A stretch of 64,000 bases of DNA from positions 950 to 64,949 of the forward strand of contig JBHOTF010000009.1 of the NCBI GenBank assembly GCA_042584005.1. Direction: 5' to 3'. Source of the DNA: Bacteroidota bacterium. GTDB lineage: Bacteria > Bacteroidota > Bacteroidia > Bacteroidales > JBHOTF01. Numbering within the stretch: the stretch's first letter is position 1; every line of letters starts with the position of its first letter. Both the position numbers and the translations under genes were made by a program. Below, piece after piece: positions 15,949 to 25,245 of this stretch. The notes beneath the pieces were generated by a model. That model saw only the letters and a program-made list of their open reading frames with translations, searched no databases and had not been told where the DNA came from.

Positions 15949-16284
15949 ATGGATTATAAAAAGACTAATGCGGCAGTTACTACTATCACAAGAGACGTGA
16001 AAGATTTTGATTCGGAGGAAAATAGTATCTTTAAAACGATTGCAATAGTTTCTAAAAGATCAAATCAAATAAATTCTGAAATAAAGCAGGAACTTAATGC
16101 TAAATTGGAAGAATTTGCATCTTATACTGATAATCTTGAGGAAGTTTTTGAAAATAGGGAGCAAATCGAGATTTCCCGTTTTTATGAAAGATTGCCTAAG
16201 CCCACTTTAATTGCACTTCAGGAATATCTTGAAGATAAAATTTATTACCGGATACCTGAAGAAGAACCAGATAAAGAAGTCTGA
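15949..16284 (+). CDS. rpoZ: DNA-directed RNA polymerase subunit omega (Bacteroidota-type)
   Basis: 111 aa. Its position between bamD and coaBC and the segment IFKTIAIVSKRSNQINSE are typical of Bacteroidota RpoZ. Confidence 0.7.
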   Translation: MDYKKTNAAVTTITRDVKDFDSEENSIFKTIAIVSKRSNQINSEIKQELNAKLEEFASYTDNLEEVFENREQIEISRFYERLPKPTLIALQEYLEDKIYYRIPEEEPDKEV

Positions 16285-16323
16285 TTTTTTTAATTTAACT
16301 CTGCTGATAATATTCCCCGGTTT

Positions 16324-17520
16324 ATGTTAAAAAATAAAAAGATAATACTCGGGATCACAGGGAGCATTGCTGCTTATAAAGCTGCTCACCTGATCAGGTT
16401 ATTTGTTAAGGAGGGCGCCGAAGTAAAGGTCGTGATAACTCCCTATGGCAAAGAATTTATTAGTCCCGTTACCCTGGCTACACTTTCGAAGAATACCGTT
16501 TTATGCGATTTTTTTAAATACGACGATGGTGCATGGAACTCACATGTAGATCTGGGTTTATGGGCCGATTTAATGATAATTGCCCCGGCAACAGCTAATA
16601 CTATTGCGAAAATGGCGCATGGTATTGCTGATAATCTTTTGCTGACAACATATTTGTCAGCACGATGTAAAGTAATGCTGGCCCCAGCCATGGATATGGA
16701 TATGCTGGCTCATCCTGCCACAATTAAAAATTTCAAAATAATTAAGGAATACGGAAATATTATTATTGATCCTTCAGGAGGAGAACTGGCCAGTGGCCTG
16801 GAAGGGAAGGGTAGAATGGAAGATCCGGAAAAAATTATTTTGGCTGCCAAAAATTATTTTGCAGAAAATGAGACACTTAGCGGCAAGAAATTCCTTGTTA
16901 ATGCCGGCCCGACGTATGAAAAGATAGATCCTGTAAGATATATAGGGAATTTTTCATCCGGGAAAATGGGATATGCAATTGCTGAAGAATTGGCTGAAAG
17001 AGGGGCAGAGGTTACATTGGTTTCAGGGCCCGTTTCTATTTGTCTGAATCAAAATAATATTAGTATTGATAAAGTTATCTCAGCTGAAGAAATGTTTGAA
17101 AAATGTCTGTCGATTTTTCCGAAAATGGACGGCGCAATACTAACAGCTGCAGTTGCTGATTATAAACCACTGGAAGTTTCAAAATCGAAAATAAAAAGAA
17201 AAAAAGATAATCTTAATATTGAACTTGAACCAACAAATGATATAGCATCGGCTTTAGGTAAAATAAAAACAGACAAACAATTATTGATCGGCTTTGCTCT
17301 GGAAACTGAAAATGAGCTAAAAAATGCCATGGCCAAAATAGAAAAAAAGAAGCTTGATTTTATTGTTTTAAATTCATTGAAAAATGAGGGAGCAGGATTT
17401 CAAACCGATACTAATAAAATTTGCATTATTGACAAAGACAATATTACAGAAGAATTTGAGTTAAAATCTAAAAACGAAGTTGCCCGTGATATTATTAATA
17501 AACTTGAGCAACTAATTTAA
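16324..17520 (+). CDS. coaBC: Bifunctional phosphopantothenoylcysteine decarboxylase / phosphopantothenate-cysteine ligase
   Basis: 398 aa. N-terminal flavoprotein motif (ILGITGSIAAYKA, PAMDMDM) and C-terminal DFP ligase domain (AGPTYEKIDPVRYIGNFSSGKMG). Confidence 0.9.
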   Translation: MLKNKKIILGITGSIAAYKAAHLIRLFVKEGAEVKVVITPYGKEFISPVTLATLSKNTVLCDFFKYDDGAWNSHVDLGLWADLMIIAPATANTIAKMAHGIADNLLLTTYLSARCKVMLAPAMDMDMLAHPATIKNFKIIKEYGNIIIDPSGGELASGLEGKGRMEDPEKIILAAKNYFAENETLSGKKFLVNAGPTYEKIDPVRYIGNFSSGKMGYAIAEELAERGAEVTLVSGPVSICLNQNNISIDKVISAEEMFEKCLSIFPKMDGAILTAAVADYKPLEVSKSKIKRKKDNLNIELEPTNDIASALGKIKTDKQLLIGFALETENELKNAMAKIEKKKLDFIVLNSLKNEGAGFQTDTNKICIIDKDNITEEFELKSKNEVARDIINKLEQLI

Positions 17521-17530
17521 TTCTTTCTTT

Positions 17531-18427
17531 ATGCGAAAATATTTTTTGATAGCAGTAATTTTCTTTATAAGCTCCGACATTTTTTCTCAGGAATTAAGAT
17601 GCCAGGTAAATGTTAATTCTCAACAAATTCAGGGAACAAATAAATTGGTATATCAGGCAATGAGAAATGAAATATTTAAGTTTATGAACGACAGAGCATG
17701 GACAGATCATCTATACGATATAGATGAAAGGATAGATTGTACTTTCTTTTTTAATATAACAGAACAGGTTTCTTCAGATGAGTTTAGAGCAACATTAACG
17801 ATTTCAGCAAAAAGGCCTGTGTATGGTTCTTCATATACAACAACACTTATAAACCATAGGGATACAGATATCAGGTTTAAATTCAGAGAATTTGAGCCCT
17901 TGATATTTAATGAGACAGCTCATACATCTAACCTCACCTCATTACTGGCTTTTTATGCATATATAATAATTGGATTAGATTATGATACATTTTCTCCTAT
18001 GGGAGGATCTCAGTTCTTTCAAAAAGCTGAGGTAATTGTTGATAATGCTCAAAATGCTTCTGAAGCCGGTTGGAAGGCTTTTGAAAGTCTCAATAACCGC
18101 TACCATCTGGCAGAAAATTTAAATAATCCCATATTTTCTCCACTTAGAGATTGTTTATATAGTTATCACAGATTGGGTATGGACCTTCTTACCGACAGAG
18201 AAAATGAAGCTCGCGCAAATATTGCTGAAGGCCTACAAACATTAAAACAGATACACACAAGTAAACCTTTGTCTTTTTTATTGCAGATATTTTTTACTGC
18301 AAAGTCTGATGAAATAGTTTATATTTTTGGAAAATCTTTTCCGGATGAGAAATCCAGAATTGTAAATTTATTAACCGAAATTGATCCCGCTAATATTCAA
18401 AAATACGAGGGTTTAACAAAGAAATAG
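17531..18427 (+). CDS. DUF4835 family protein (PorD-type, type IX secretion-associated family)
   Basis: 298 aa with a signal peptide. Sits in the conserved position between coaBC and recN. The N-terminal segment QELRCQVNVNSQQIQGTNK is typical of DUF4835. Confidence 0.7.
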   Translation: MRKYFLIAVIFFISSDIFSQELRCQVNVNSQQIQGTNKLVYQAMRNEIFKFMNDRAWTDHLYDIDERIDCTFFFNITEQVSSDEFRATLTISAKRPVYGSSYTTTLINHRDTDIRFKFREFEPLIFNETAHTSNLTSLLAFYAYIIIGLDYDTFSPMGGSQFFQKAEVIVDNAQNASEAGWKAFESLNNRYHLAENLNNPIFSPLRDCLYSYHRLGMDLLTDRENEARANIAEGLQTLKQIHTSKPLSFLLQIFFTAKSDEIVYIFGKSFPDEKSRIVNLLTEIDPANIQKYEGLTKK

Positions 18428-18432
18428 CTTAT

Positions 18433-20094
18433 ATGCTTCTATCCTTATCAATAAATAATTATGCATTAATATCTCAACTGGATATTAAATTTGATAAGGG
18501 CTTTTCAATAATCACTGGTGAAACCGGAGCCGGGAAATCTATTTTGCTTGGTGCTCTCTCTCTAATTCTTGGACAAAGAGCCGATGTATCCATTCTGAAA
18601 AATAAACAAAAGAAATGTTTTGTTGAGGGAAGCTTTCATATTGAAGATTATGGACTCCAGAATTTTTTTGAAAAAAATGATCTTGATTATGATAATGTAT
18701 CCGTAATTAGAAGAGAGATAAATATTAATGGAAAATCGAGAGCATTTATAAACGACACACCGGTAAATCTTAATGTTCTTAAAGAGCTGGGATTTAGCTT
18801 GGTAGACATTCATTCCCAACATCAGAACCTTATACTAAATGATGAAAATTTTCAGATAAGAGTAATCGATTTATTTGCCGGCCTTAAAGAGGTTTTAGAA
18901 GAATATAATAAAACATATATTTCATATGTTAAACTTAATGATGAGTATAATGACCTGATTAACAGGTCGGAAAAAGCGAAAACAGATCTCGACTATTTCC
19001 GGTTTCAGTTCGATCAGCTTAATGAGGCAAATCTTAAGGAGGATGAACAAGAGGAGCTTGAAAGTGAACTGGAAATCCTCAATCATACTGAAGATATAAA
19101 AATAGCACTAGGCAATACGGGAAATCTTATTAACGGTGAGGAAAATGGTTTTCTGTTAAGGCTCAAACCTGTAATAAATAGCCTTGAAAAAATATCCGGA
19201 TATTTTGATAAAGCAAAAGATCTTTCGGAACGATTAACCAGTATGTATATTGAATTGAAAGATATTTCCGATGAAGCTGAGCTGAATGCCAATAATATAG
19301 AATTTTTACCATCCAGAATTGAAGAAATTTCCAATCGCCTGGATCTCATATATAATTTAGAGCAAAAACATCATGTGTCGGATATTACATCTTTACTTAA
19401 ATTAAAAGAAAAACTGGATAAGGATATAAATGAAATTAATTCATTCGACTTCAGGCTTGAAAAAACAAAAAAAGAACTTTCAGAAAAACATGGAGGTCTT
19501 GAAAAACTTGCTTCTACATTATCCAGAGAAAGAAAAAAATCAATTCCTGAGATTGAAAAAACAATAATTGATAAATTATATAAGCTGGGCATTCCTAATG
19601 TGAATTTTAAAATTAACCTGACGACTTTTGAAGAATTTTTGCCAAATGGTAAAGATAAAGTTCTATTTATGTTTTCAGCAAACAAAAAAACCGATCTTCA
19701 GGAAATTTCAAAAGTGGCTTCAGGAGGTGAAATATCGCGCCTGATGCTGAGTGTTAAATCTCTTATTTCTTTTTCAATAGCTTTGCCAACAATAATATTT
19801 GATGAAATTGATTCCGGAGTTTCCGGTGAGATAGCTGATAAAATGGGAGATATTATCAAAGAAATGTCACATAATATTCAGGTAATAAATATTACCCATT
19901 TGCCTCAAATTGCACGAAAAGGTGATTTCCACTACCTTGTGTATAAGTACGAAGATTCTGATAATACCTTTACCAATATAAAATTGCTCGACCAGGAAGA
20001 ACGTGTTATTGAAATTGCTAAAATGCTCAGCGGATCCGACCTTACAGAGCTGTCAATAAAAAATGCACGCGAGTTGTTATTAAATAATAAGTAG
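18433..20094 (+). CDS. recN: DNA repair protein RecN
   Basis: 553 aa. Walker A GETGAGKS, long coiled-coil middle region, and C-terminal SGGE signature with Walker B IFDEIDSG. Confidence 0.9.
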   Translation: MLLSLSINNYALISQLDIKFDKGFSIITGETGAGKSILLGALSLILGQRADVSILKNKQKKCFVEGSFHIEDYGLQNFFEKNDLDYDNVSVIRREININGKSRAFINDTPVNLNVLKELGFSLVDIHSQHQNLILNDENFQIRVIDLFAGLKEVLEEYNKTYISYVKLNDEYNDLINRSEKAKTDLDYFRFQFDQLNEANLKEDEQEELESELEILNHTEDIKIALGNTGNLINGEENGFLLRLKPVINSLEKISGYFDKAKDLSERLTSMYIELKDISDEAELNANNIEFLPSRIEEISNRLDLIYNLEQKHHVSDITSLLKLKEKLDKDINEINSFDFRLEKTKKELSEKHGGLEKLASTLSRERKKSIPEIEKTIIDKLYKLGIPNVNFKINLTTFEEFLPNGKDKVLFMFSANKKTDLQEISKVASGGEISRLMLSVKSLISFSIALPTIIFDEIDSGVSGEIADKMGDIIKEMSHNIQVINITHLPQIARKGDFHYLVYKYEDSDNTFTNIKLLDQEERVIEIAKMLSGSDLTELSIKNARELLLNNK

Positions 20095-20112
20095 CTTTCT
20101 TATCCATAACAG

Positions 20113-22203
20113 ATGAAAAAGATAATTAAATTCTATAAGAAATATAATAAAAGAATATATATCATATTACTTTTTATAATAAGTGCTGCAATTATTCTTA
20201 ATTTTTTCCCAAAAGAAGGGAAGTTCCCATATGAATATCAGAAAGGTTCTCCCTGGATGCATGAAGATCTGATTTCACGTTTCGATTTTCCTTTATTAAA
20301 AGAAGAAGCAGAATTAAACAGAGAAAGGGATAGCTTATTGCAGGATTTTAGTCCCTACTTTTTGTTCGACAATAATATCATGCAGTCTCAAATAGAAAGC
20401 TTTAAGAATGATTTTGATAAAAAATGGGACAATATTACTCTTACAAATCCCGGTAGTCCAGGCGAAATATATTACGATAAAATTAAGGAGCTATTAGAAT
20501 TCATCTATTCTAAGATGATTGTTGAAATTCCAGATGCAGAGGGTTTTATATCTGGAGTATTTCCGGAAATATTTGTTGTGAATAATAATCTGGGGGAAAA
20601 ATATGAGTTGTCTGAAATTTTTACAGCAAAAACAGCTTACGATTACCTGATTAAAAAACTGGATGAAGATATAATTACAAATGTTCCGTTTGTAAGTCCG
20701 GAGATAGATTTACGAACAGCTTTTGATTATAATAATTATTTGCGCCCAAATCTTTTTTACGATATTGAAAGATCAGAAAATGTTAAGGAAAGCCTGGTGA
20801 GTAATATTTCAAGGACAAAAGGACTGGTTCCAAAAGGAATCAGGATTATTTCAAAAGGCGATGTTATTAACGCTGAGATATTCCGGAAGTTAGAATCTTT
20901 TCGCTATGAATATGAAACCAGATTGGGTGAATCAACATCATCTTTTATAATAACAATTGGGCATATAATTCTGGTAACAGCCTCCCTGGTTATGTTATAT
21001 CTTTTCTTATTAACTTTTAGAAAAGAAGTACTTGAAAGTGTCAAAAACACAGGTTTTATTCTCGGATTTGTTGTATTAATGATTTCATTAGGGATGATCT
21101 CAATAAAATTGGGGCTTTTCAGCATCTATGTTGTCCCTTTTGCAATATTGCCATTGATAATAAAAACATTTTTTGATGCCAGAGTTGCACTTTTTTCCTA
21201 TCTGATAACAATTCTTCTTGTTGGGTTTTTTGTCCCAAATGGTTATGAATTCATATTTCTGCAGTTTGTTGCTGGCATGTTTGCGATTTTTGGGTTCTAT
21301 AAATTATATTGGCGCAGCCAGTTGGTTTTCACTTCAATAATGATAATACTTAGTTACAGTGTAGTATATTTTGCAATATCTATTATCCAGGAAGGAAATA
21401 TTGCCTCAATTAACTGGGAGGAATTTGCCTGGTTTGGCGGTAACGGATTGCTATTTTTATTGTCTTTTCCCCTGATATATATATTTGAGAAAATGTTTGG
21501 ATTTTTATCGGATGTATCACTTATGGAATTATCGGGAAGCAATCACCCGGTTTTAAGAAAGGTTGCTGAAGAAGCTCCCGGTACATTTCAGCATAGCTTA
21601 CAAGTAGCAAACCTGGCTGAAGAAGTAGTAAGAAAGATCGGTGGAAATCCATTACTTTGCAGGGTAGGTGCATTATACCATGATATCGGAAAAGTAGAAA
21701 ATTCAATATATTTTGTTGAAAACCAGATAGAAGAGGTTAATCCACATGAAAAACTTTCTTATGTGAAAAGTGCTGAGAAAATTATTTCTCATGTAACAAG
21801 AGGAATAGAAATTGCAAAAAAGAATAAACTCCCAAAGCCTGTTATAGATTTTATTCCCACACATCATGGTACATCTAAGGCACAATATTTTTATAAACTT
21901 TTTATTAGAGATAATCCCGATAAAGAAGATACTGAAGCTTTTAATTATCCCGGGCCTAAACCTTTTTCAAAAGAAACTGCTGTATTGATGATGGCTGATT
22001 CGATTGAAGCCGCTTCAAGAAGTTTAAAAACGATTAATGAATCTGCTCTCAAAAAGATAATAGATAGTATAATTAATCATCAGCTTGATGAAGGCCAGTT
22101 TAGTAATACTGATCTTACATTCAGGGATATAGAAACTGCAAAACAGGTGTTTCTAAATAAACTTTTGAATATATACCATGCACGGATTAGTTATCCGAAA
22201 TGA
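20113..22203 (+). CDS. 7TM-receptor-linked HD/HDIG phosphohydrolase (PgpH-like)
   Basis: 696 aa. Extracellular N-terminal domain, seven hydrophobic helices, then HD-domain motifs (HSLQVANLAE, LYHDIGK, PTHHG). Confidence 0.85.
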   Translation: MKKIIKFYKKYNKRIYIILLFIISAAIILNFFPKEGKFPYEYQKGSPWMHEDLISRFDFPLLKEEAELNRERDSLLQDFSPYFLFDNNIMQSQIESFKNDFDKKWDNITLTNPGSPGEIYYDKIKELLEFIYSKMIVEIPDAEGFISGVFPEIFVVNNNLGEKYELSEIFTAKTAYDYLIKKLDEDIITNVPFVSPEIDLRTAFDYNNYLRPNLFYDIERSENVKESLVSNISRTKGLVPKGIRIISKGDVINAEIFRKLESFRYEYETRLGESTSSFIITIGHIILVTASLVMLYLFLLTFRKEVLESVKNTGFILGFVVLMISLGMISIKLGLFSIYVVPFAILPLIIKTFFDARVALFSYLITILLVGFFVPNGYEFIFLQFVAGMFAIFGFYKLYWRSQLVFTSIMIILSYSVVYFAISIIQEGNIASINWEEFAWFGGNGLLFLLSFPLIYIFEKMFGFLSDVSLMELSGSNHPVLRKVAEEAPGTFQHSLQVANLAEEVVRKIGGNPLLCRVGALYHDIGKVENSIYFVENQIEEVNPHEKLSYVKSAEKIISHVTRGIEIAKKNKLPKPVIDFIPTHHGTSKAQYFYKLFIRDNPDKEDTEAFNYPGPKPFSKETAVLMMADSIEAASRSLKTINESALKKIIDSIINHQLDEGQFSNTDLTFRDIETAKQVFLNKLLNIYHARISYPK

Positions 22204-22224
22204 TATAACAATAATATTTCTGTA

Positions 22225-23907
22225 TTAAATTTTTGAGTTTACAATTTCCAGAATCTCTTCTTCTGCTTTTTTACACTTATTCTGAATGTTTTCGCCTTCT
22301 TTTAGAACTTTGTTAACATAGTTCTTGTCGTCCAGTTCACCTGAATTTATTTTAACATTCAGAAATGCTCCCATTACTGCTGACCTTGCAGCTAATGCAC
22401 CAACTCCGGCATCAGAAACAGAATTTGGATTACCTGTTTCTGCCATAGCTTTAATAACCTCCATTGAATCGCAGGCAAGTTTCATTACCATAAGTGGCAC
22501 TTCTATTGCATTTTTCGTAGCATCCTGAATGGCTTGTTTTCTGGCCTCTTTCTCAGCATCTGTTGATTTAGACAGACCAAAAGCATCCATAATTTTATTA
22601 AATGCCCTTGTATCTTCATCTACCATTTTTAGCAGCTCATCTTTATAATATTGTCCTTTCTCAGCCCAATCGGAAAACTCTTTCCACCTGTTGTCCCATC
22701 CTCTTTTATGAGAAGAAAGGTTGGCAACCATAGTAGCCAGTGATATACCCATCGATCCCATATATGCCGCTATTGAACCACCTCCGGGTGCCGGAGATTC
22801 TGAAGCTGTTTCATTGGCAAATTCAGTAAGATTCATATTAATAAGAGGATCATTATTTTTATTTTTCAGAATATATTCAATTATTTTTTCCTCAGGATTA
22901 AATGGTTTCAGGTCGTCAAGGCCAAGCGATTTAATAGCTATTTTTATTAATTCATCTTCAGAAACACCTAAAGACCGTTCTTGTTTTAATAAATAATGCT
23001 TTCCTGCATCCAGCATAGCCTGAAGTGGTATTAATCCCACCAATTCGGATCCGGTTACCCTGATACCTCTTTCAGCTGCTTTTTTACATGATTCGTCGAA
23101 TGCTTTATGAACTGAAGTAATAGTAATATCAGTAAGATTAATAGATATTTGGGCAATCCCGTATTCCTCTATATACCAGCCAATTGCTTTTGCTTTCTTT
23201 AATGAACCTGGTATTTTTACAGGATTCCCGGCTTCATCTTTAACTATCTTACCTGTTAAAGTATTACCTTCTCTTTTTACTCTTCCTCCTTCTCTTATAT
23301 CAAAGGCTATTGCATTGGCTCTTCTTGTTGAGGTTGTATTCAGGTTAATATTATATGCAACAAGAAAATTTCTTGCTCCTATTGCAATTGTACCTGTACC
23401 TGGAATAAATTTTGCCGGCCCAAAATCGGGTTTCCATTCCGGTTTTTTTAGTTTGTCAGCAAGACCTTCATACTCACCACTTCTAACTGTAGCAAGATTT
23501 TGTCTTTGCTCACTAAATGCAGCAAATTCGTAACAATAAACAGGAAAATCTAATTCCTCACCAACCTTTTTTGCCAGTTTTCTGGCGTACTCAACAGTCT
23601 CTTCCATTGTAATATTTGCAATAGGTACAAAAGGGCACACATCTGTAGCACCAAACCTGGGGTGTTCACCCTTATGCTTACTCATATCAATTAATTCAGA
23701 AGCTTTTTTAATTGCAAGAAATGCTGCCTGAACAACTTCATCCGGAGGGCCTACAAAAGTTACAACTGTTCTGTTTGTTGCTTTTCCAGGGTCAACATCA
23801 AGAAGTTTAACTGAGTCAACAGTTTCTATCTGGTCAGTAATCTGTTTAATTATCTGCATATCGTTCCCTTCACTGAAATTAGGGACACATTCTATCAATT
23901 GCTTCAT
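22225..23907 (-). CDS. ftcD: Bifunctional glutamate formimidoyltransferase / formimidoyltetrahydrofolate cyclodeaminase
   Basis: 560 aa. The N-terminus MKQLIECVPNFSEG is the hallmark of formiminotransferases. A cyclodeaminase-like helical domain forms the C-terminus. Adjacent to hutI. Confidence 0.85.
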   Translation of the reverse strand: MKQLIECVPNFSEGNDMQIIKQITDQIETVDSVKLLDVDPGKATNRTVVTFVGPPDEVVQAAFLAIKKASELIDMSKHKGEHPRFGATDVCPFVPIANITMEETVEYARKLAKKVGEELDFPVYCYEFAAFSEQRQNLATVRSGEYEGLADKLKKPEWKPDFGPAKFIPGTGTIAIGARNFLVAYNINLNTTSTRRANAIAFDIREGGRVKREGNTLTGKIVKDEAGNPVKIPGSLKKAKAIGWYIEEYGIAQISINLTDITITSVHKAFDESCKKAAERGIRVTGSELVGLIPLQAMLDAGKHYLLKQERSLGVSEDELIKIAIKSLGLDDLKPFNPEEKIIEYILKNKNNDPLINMNLTEFANETASESPAPGGGSIAAYMGSMGISLATMVANLSSHKRGWDNRWKEFSDWAEKGQYYKDELLKMVDEDTRAFNKIMDAFGLSKSTDAEKEARKQAIQDATKNAIEVPLMVMKLACDSMEVIKAMAETGNPNSVSDAGVGALAARSAVMGAFLNVKINSGELDDKNYVNKVLKEGENIQNKCKKAEEEILEIVNSKI

Positions 23908-23973
23908 TTTATATAATGAATTATATTGTAAATATTTAGGACGTTTTTAATTAAGAATTCGAAATTAGGAAAA

Positions 23974-25206
23974 TTATTGAACATCTCCATTTAAAATTAC
24001 AGTATCTATTAAATCGCTTCCATAGGCATATGGAAAAAATTCGTAATTCGGGATTTCTTTAGTAATAAAAACATTTCCCACTTTACCTTTGCAGATACTA
24101 CCTGCCTTATTGCTTATCCCCATTGCATATGCAGAATTTATTGTAACAGCATTAATTACCTCTTCAGGGAGCATTCTCATTATAATACATCCAAGCGACA
24201 TAATAAATTTCATATTTCCTGAAGGTGAAGAACCGGGGTTATAATCCGATGCCAAAGCAAGAGGCAAACCTGCCTCTATCATTTTTCTTGCAGGAGGGAA
24301 TTCCATACCAAGAAAAAATGCAGCACCGGGCAACAGTGTAGGCATGGTCGATGAATTTAATAATACATTTATCTCTTCATCAGCTGTAAACTCCAAATGG
24401 TCGACAGAAAGAGCATTATGTTTTACACCAGCCTGAATGCCACCTGAGAAATCGAGTTCATTAGCATGTATCTTCGGCCTCATACCAAATTCAGCTGCTT
24501 TTATAAGAATCCTCTCTGTTTCTTCGACCGTGAAAAATCCTTTGTCGCAAAATACATCAACATAATCTGCCAGTTTTTCTTCACCAACTGCCGGAATCAT
24601 TTCATTAACTACAATATCCACATAATCGGATTGTTTATTCTTATATTGCTCTGGTATTGAATGAGCTCCCAGGAAAGTAGATTTTACGATAAGAGGACTT
24701 GTTTTGCGGATACGTTTAATTACTCTGAGCATTTTTAACTCGTCTTCAGTATTTAAGCCATATCCACTTTTTATTTCAACGGCTCCGGTTCCAAGAGAAA
24801 TTATTTCTTTTATTCTGGCCATAGATTGTTCATACAGCATATCTTCCGAAGTATTATGCAGAAGCATTGCAGAATTTAAAATTCCTCCTCCTCTTTTAGC
24901 TATTTCCTCATATGATAAACCTTTTATTTTATCAATATATTCAATTTCCCTGCTTCCTGCATAAACAAGATGTGTATGTGAATCGCAGAATGAAGGAAAA
25001 ACCATTTTGCCGCGTGCATCAATTGTTTTTTCAGCTTCCTCCGTGCAATTCTTCATTTCTCCATAATTTACTATAATACCATTTTGTATATACAGAAAGG
25101 CATTTTTTATAGTTTTTAGTTCCGACATTTTTTGTCCGCAAACCTTAATGCTCGGTTTATCTTCAACCTGAACAAGTTCTTTTATATTTGTAATTAATAT
25201 TTCCAT
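23974..25206 (-). CDS. hutI: Imidazolonepropionase
   Basis: The track ORF starts at a TTG (25221); the ATG at 25206 gives MEILITNIKE. Contains the amidohydrolase metal motif CDSHTHLVYAG and HANELD. Confidence 0.85.
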   Translation of the reverse strand: MEILITNIKELVQVEDKPSIKVCGQKMSELKTIKNAFLYIQNGIIVNYGEMKNCTEEAEKTIDARGKMVFPSFCDSHTHLVYAGSREIEYIDKIKGLSYEEIAKRGGGILNSAMLLHNTSEDMLYEQSMARIKEIISLGTGAVEIKSGYGLNTEDELKMLRVIKRIRKTSPLIVKSTFLGAHSIPEQYKNKQSDYVDIVVNEMIPAVGEEKLADYVDVFCDKGFFTVEETERILIKAAEFGMRPKIHANELDFSGGIQAGVKHNALSVDHLEFTADEEINVLLNSSTMPTLLPGAAFFLGMEFPPARKMIEAGLPLALASDYNPGSSPSGNMKFIMSLGCIIMRMLPEEVINAVTINSAYAMGISNKAGSICKGKVGNVFITKEIPNYEFFPYAYGSDLIDTVILNGDVQ

Positions 25207-25209
25207 AAA

Positions 25210-25237
25210 TTCAAAAGTCAAAATTCAAAAGTCAAAA
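25210..25237. repeat. (TTCAAAAGTCAAAA)x2, i.e. four heptads, in the hutI-pepP spacer
   Basis: Two perfect 14-nt units read directly, inside the 39-nt spacer between the pepP stop (25246) and the hutI ATG (25206). Confidence 0.85.
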
Positions 25238-25245
25238 TTAACTCC

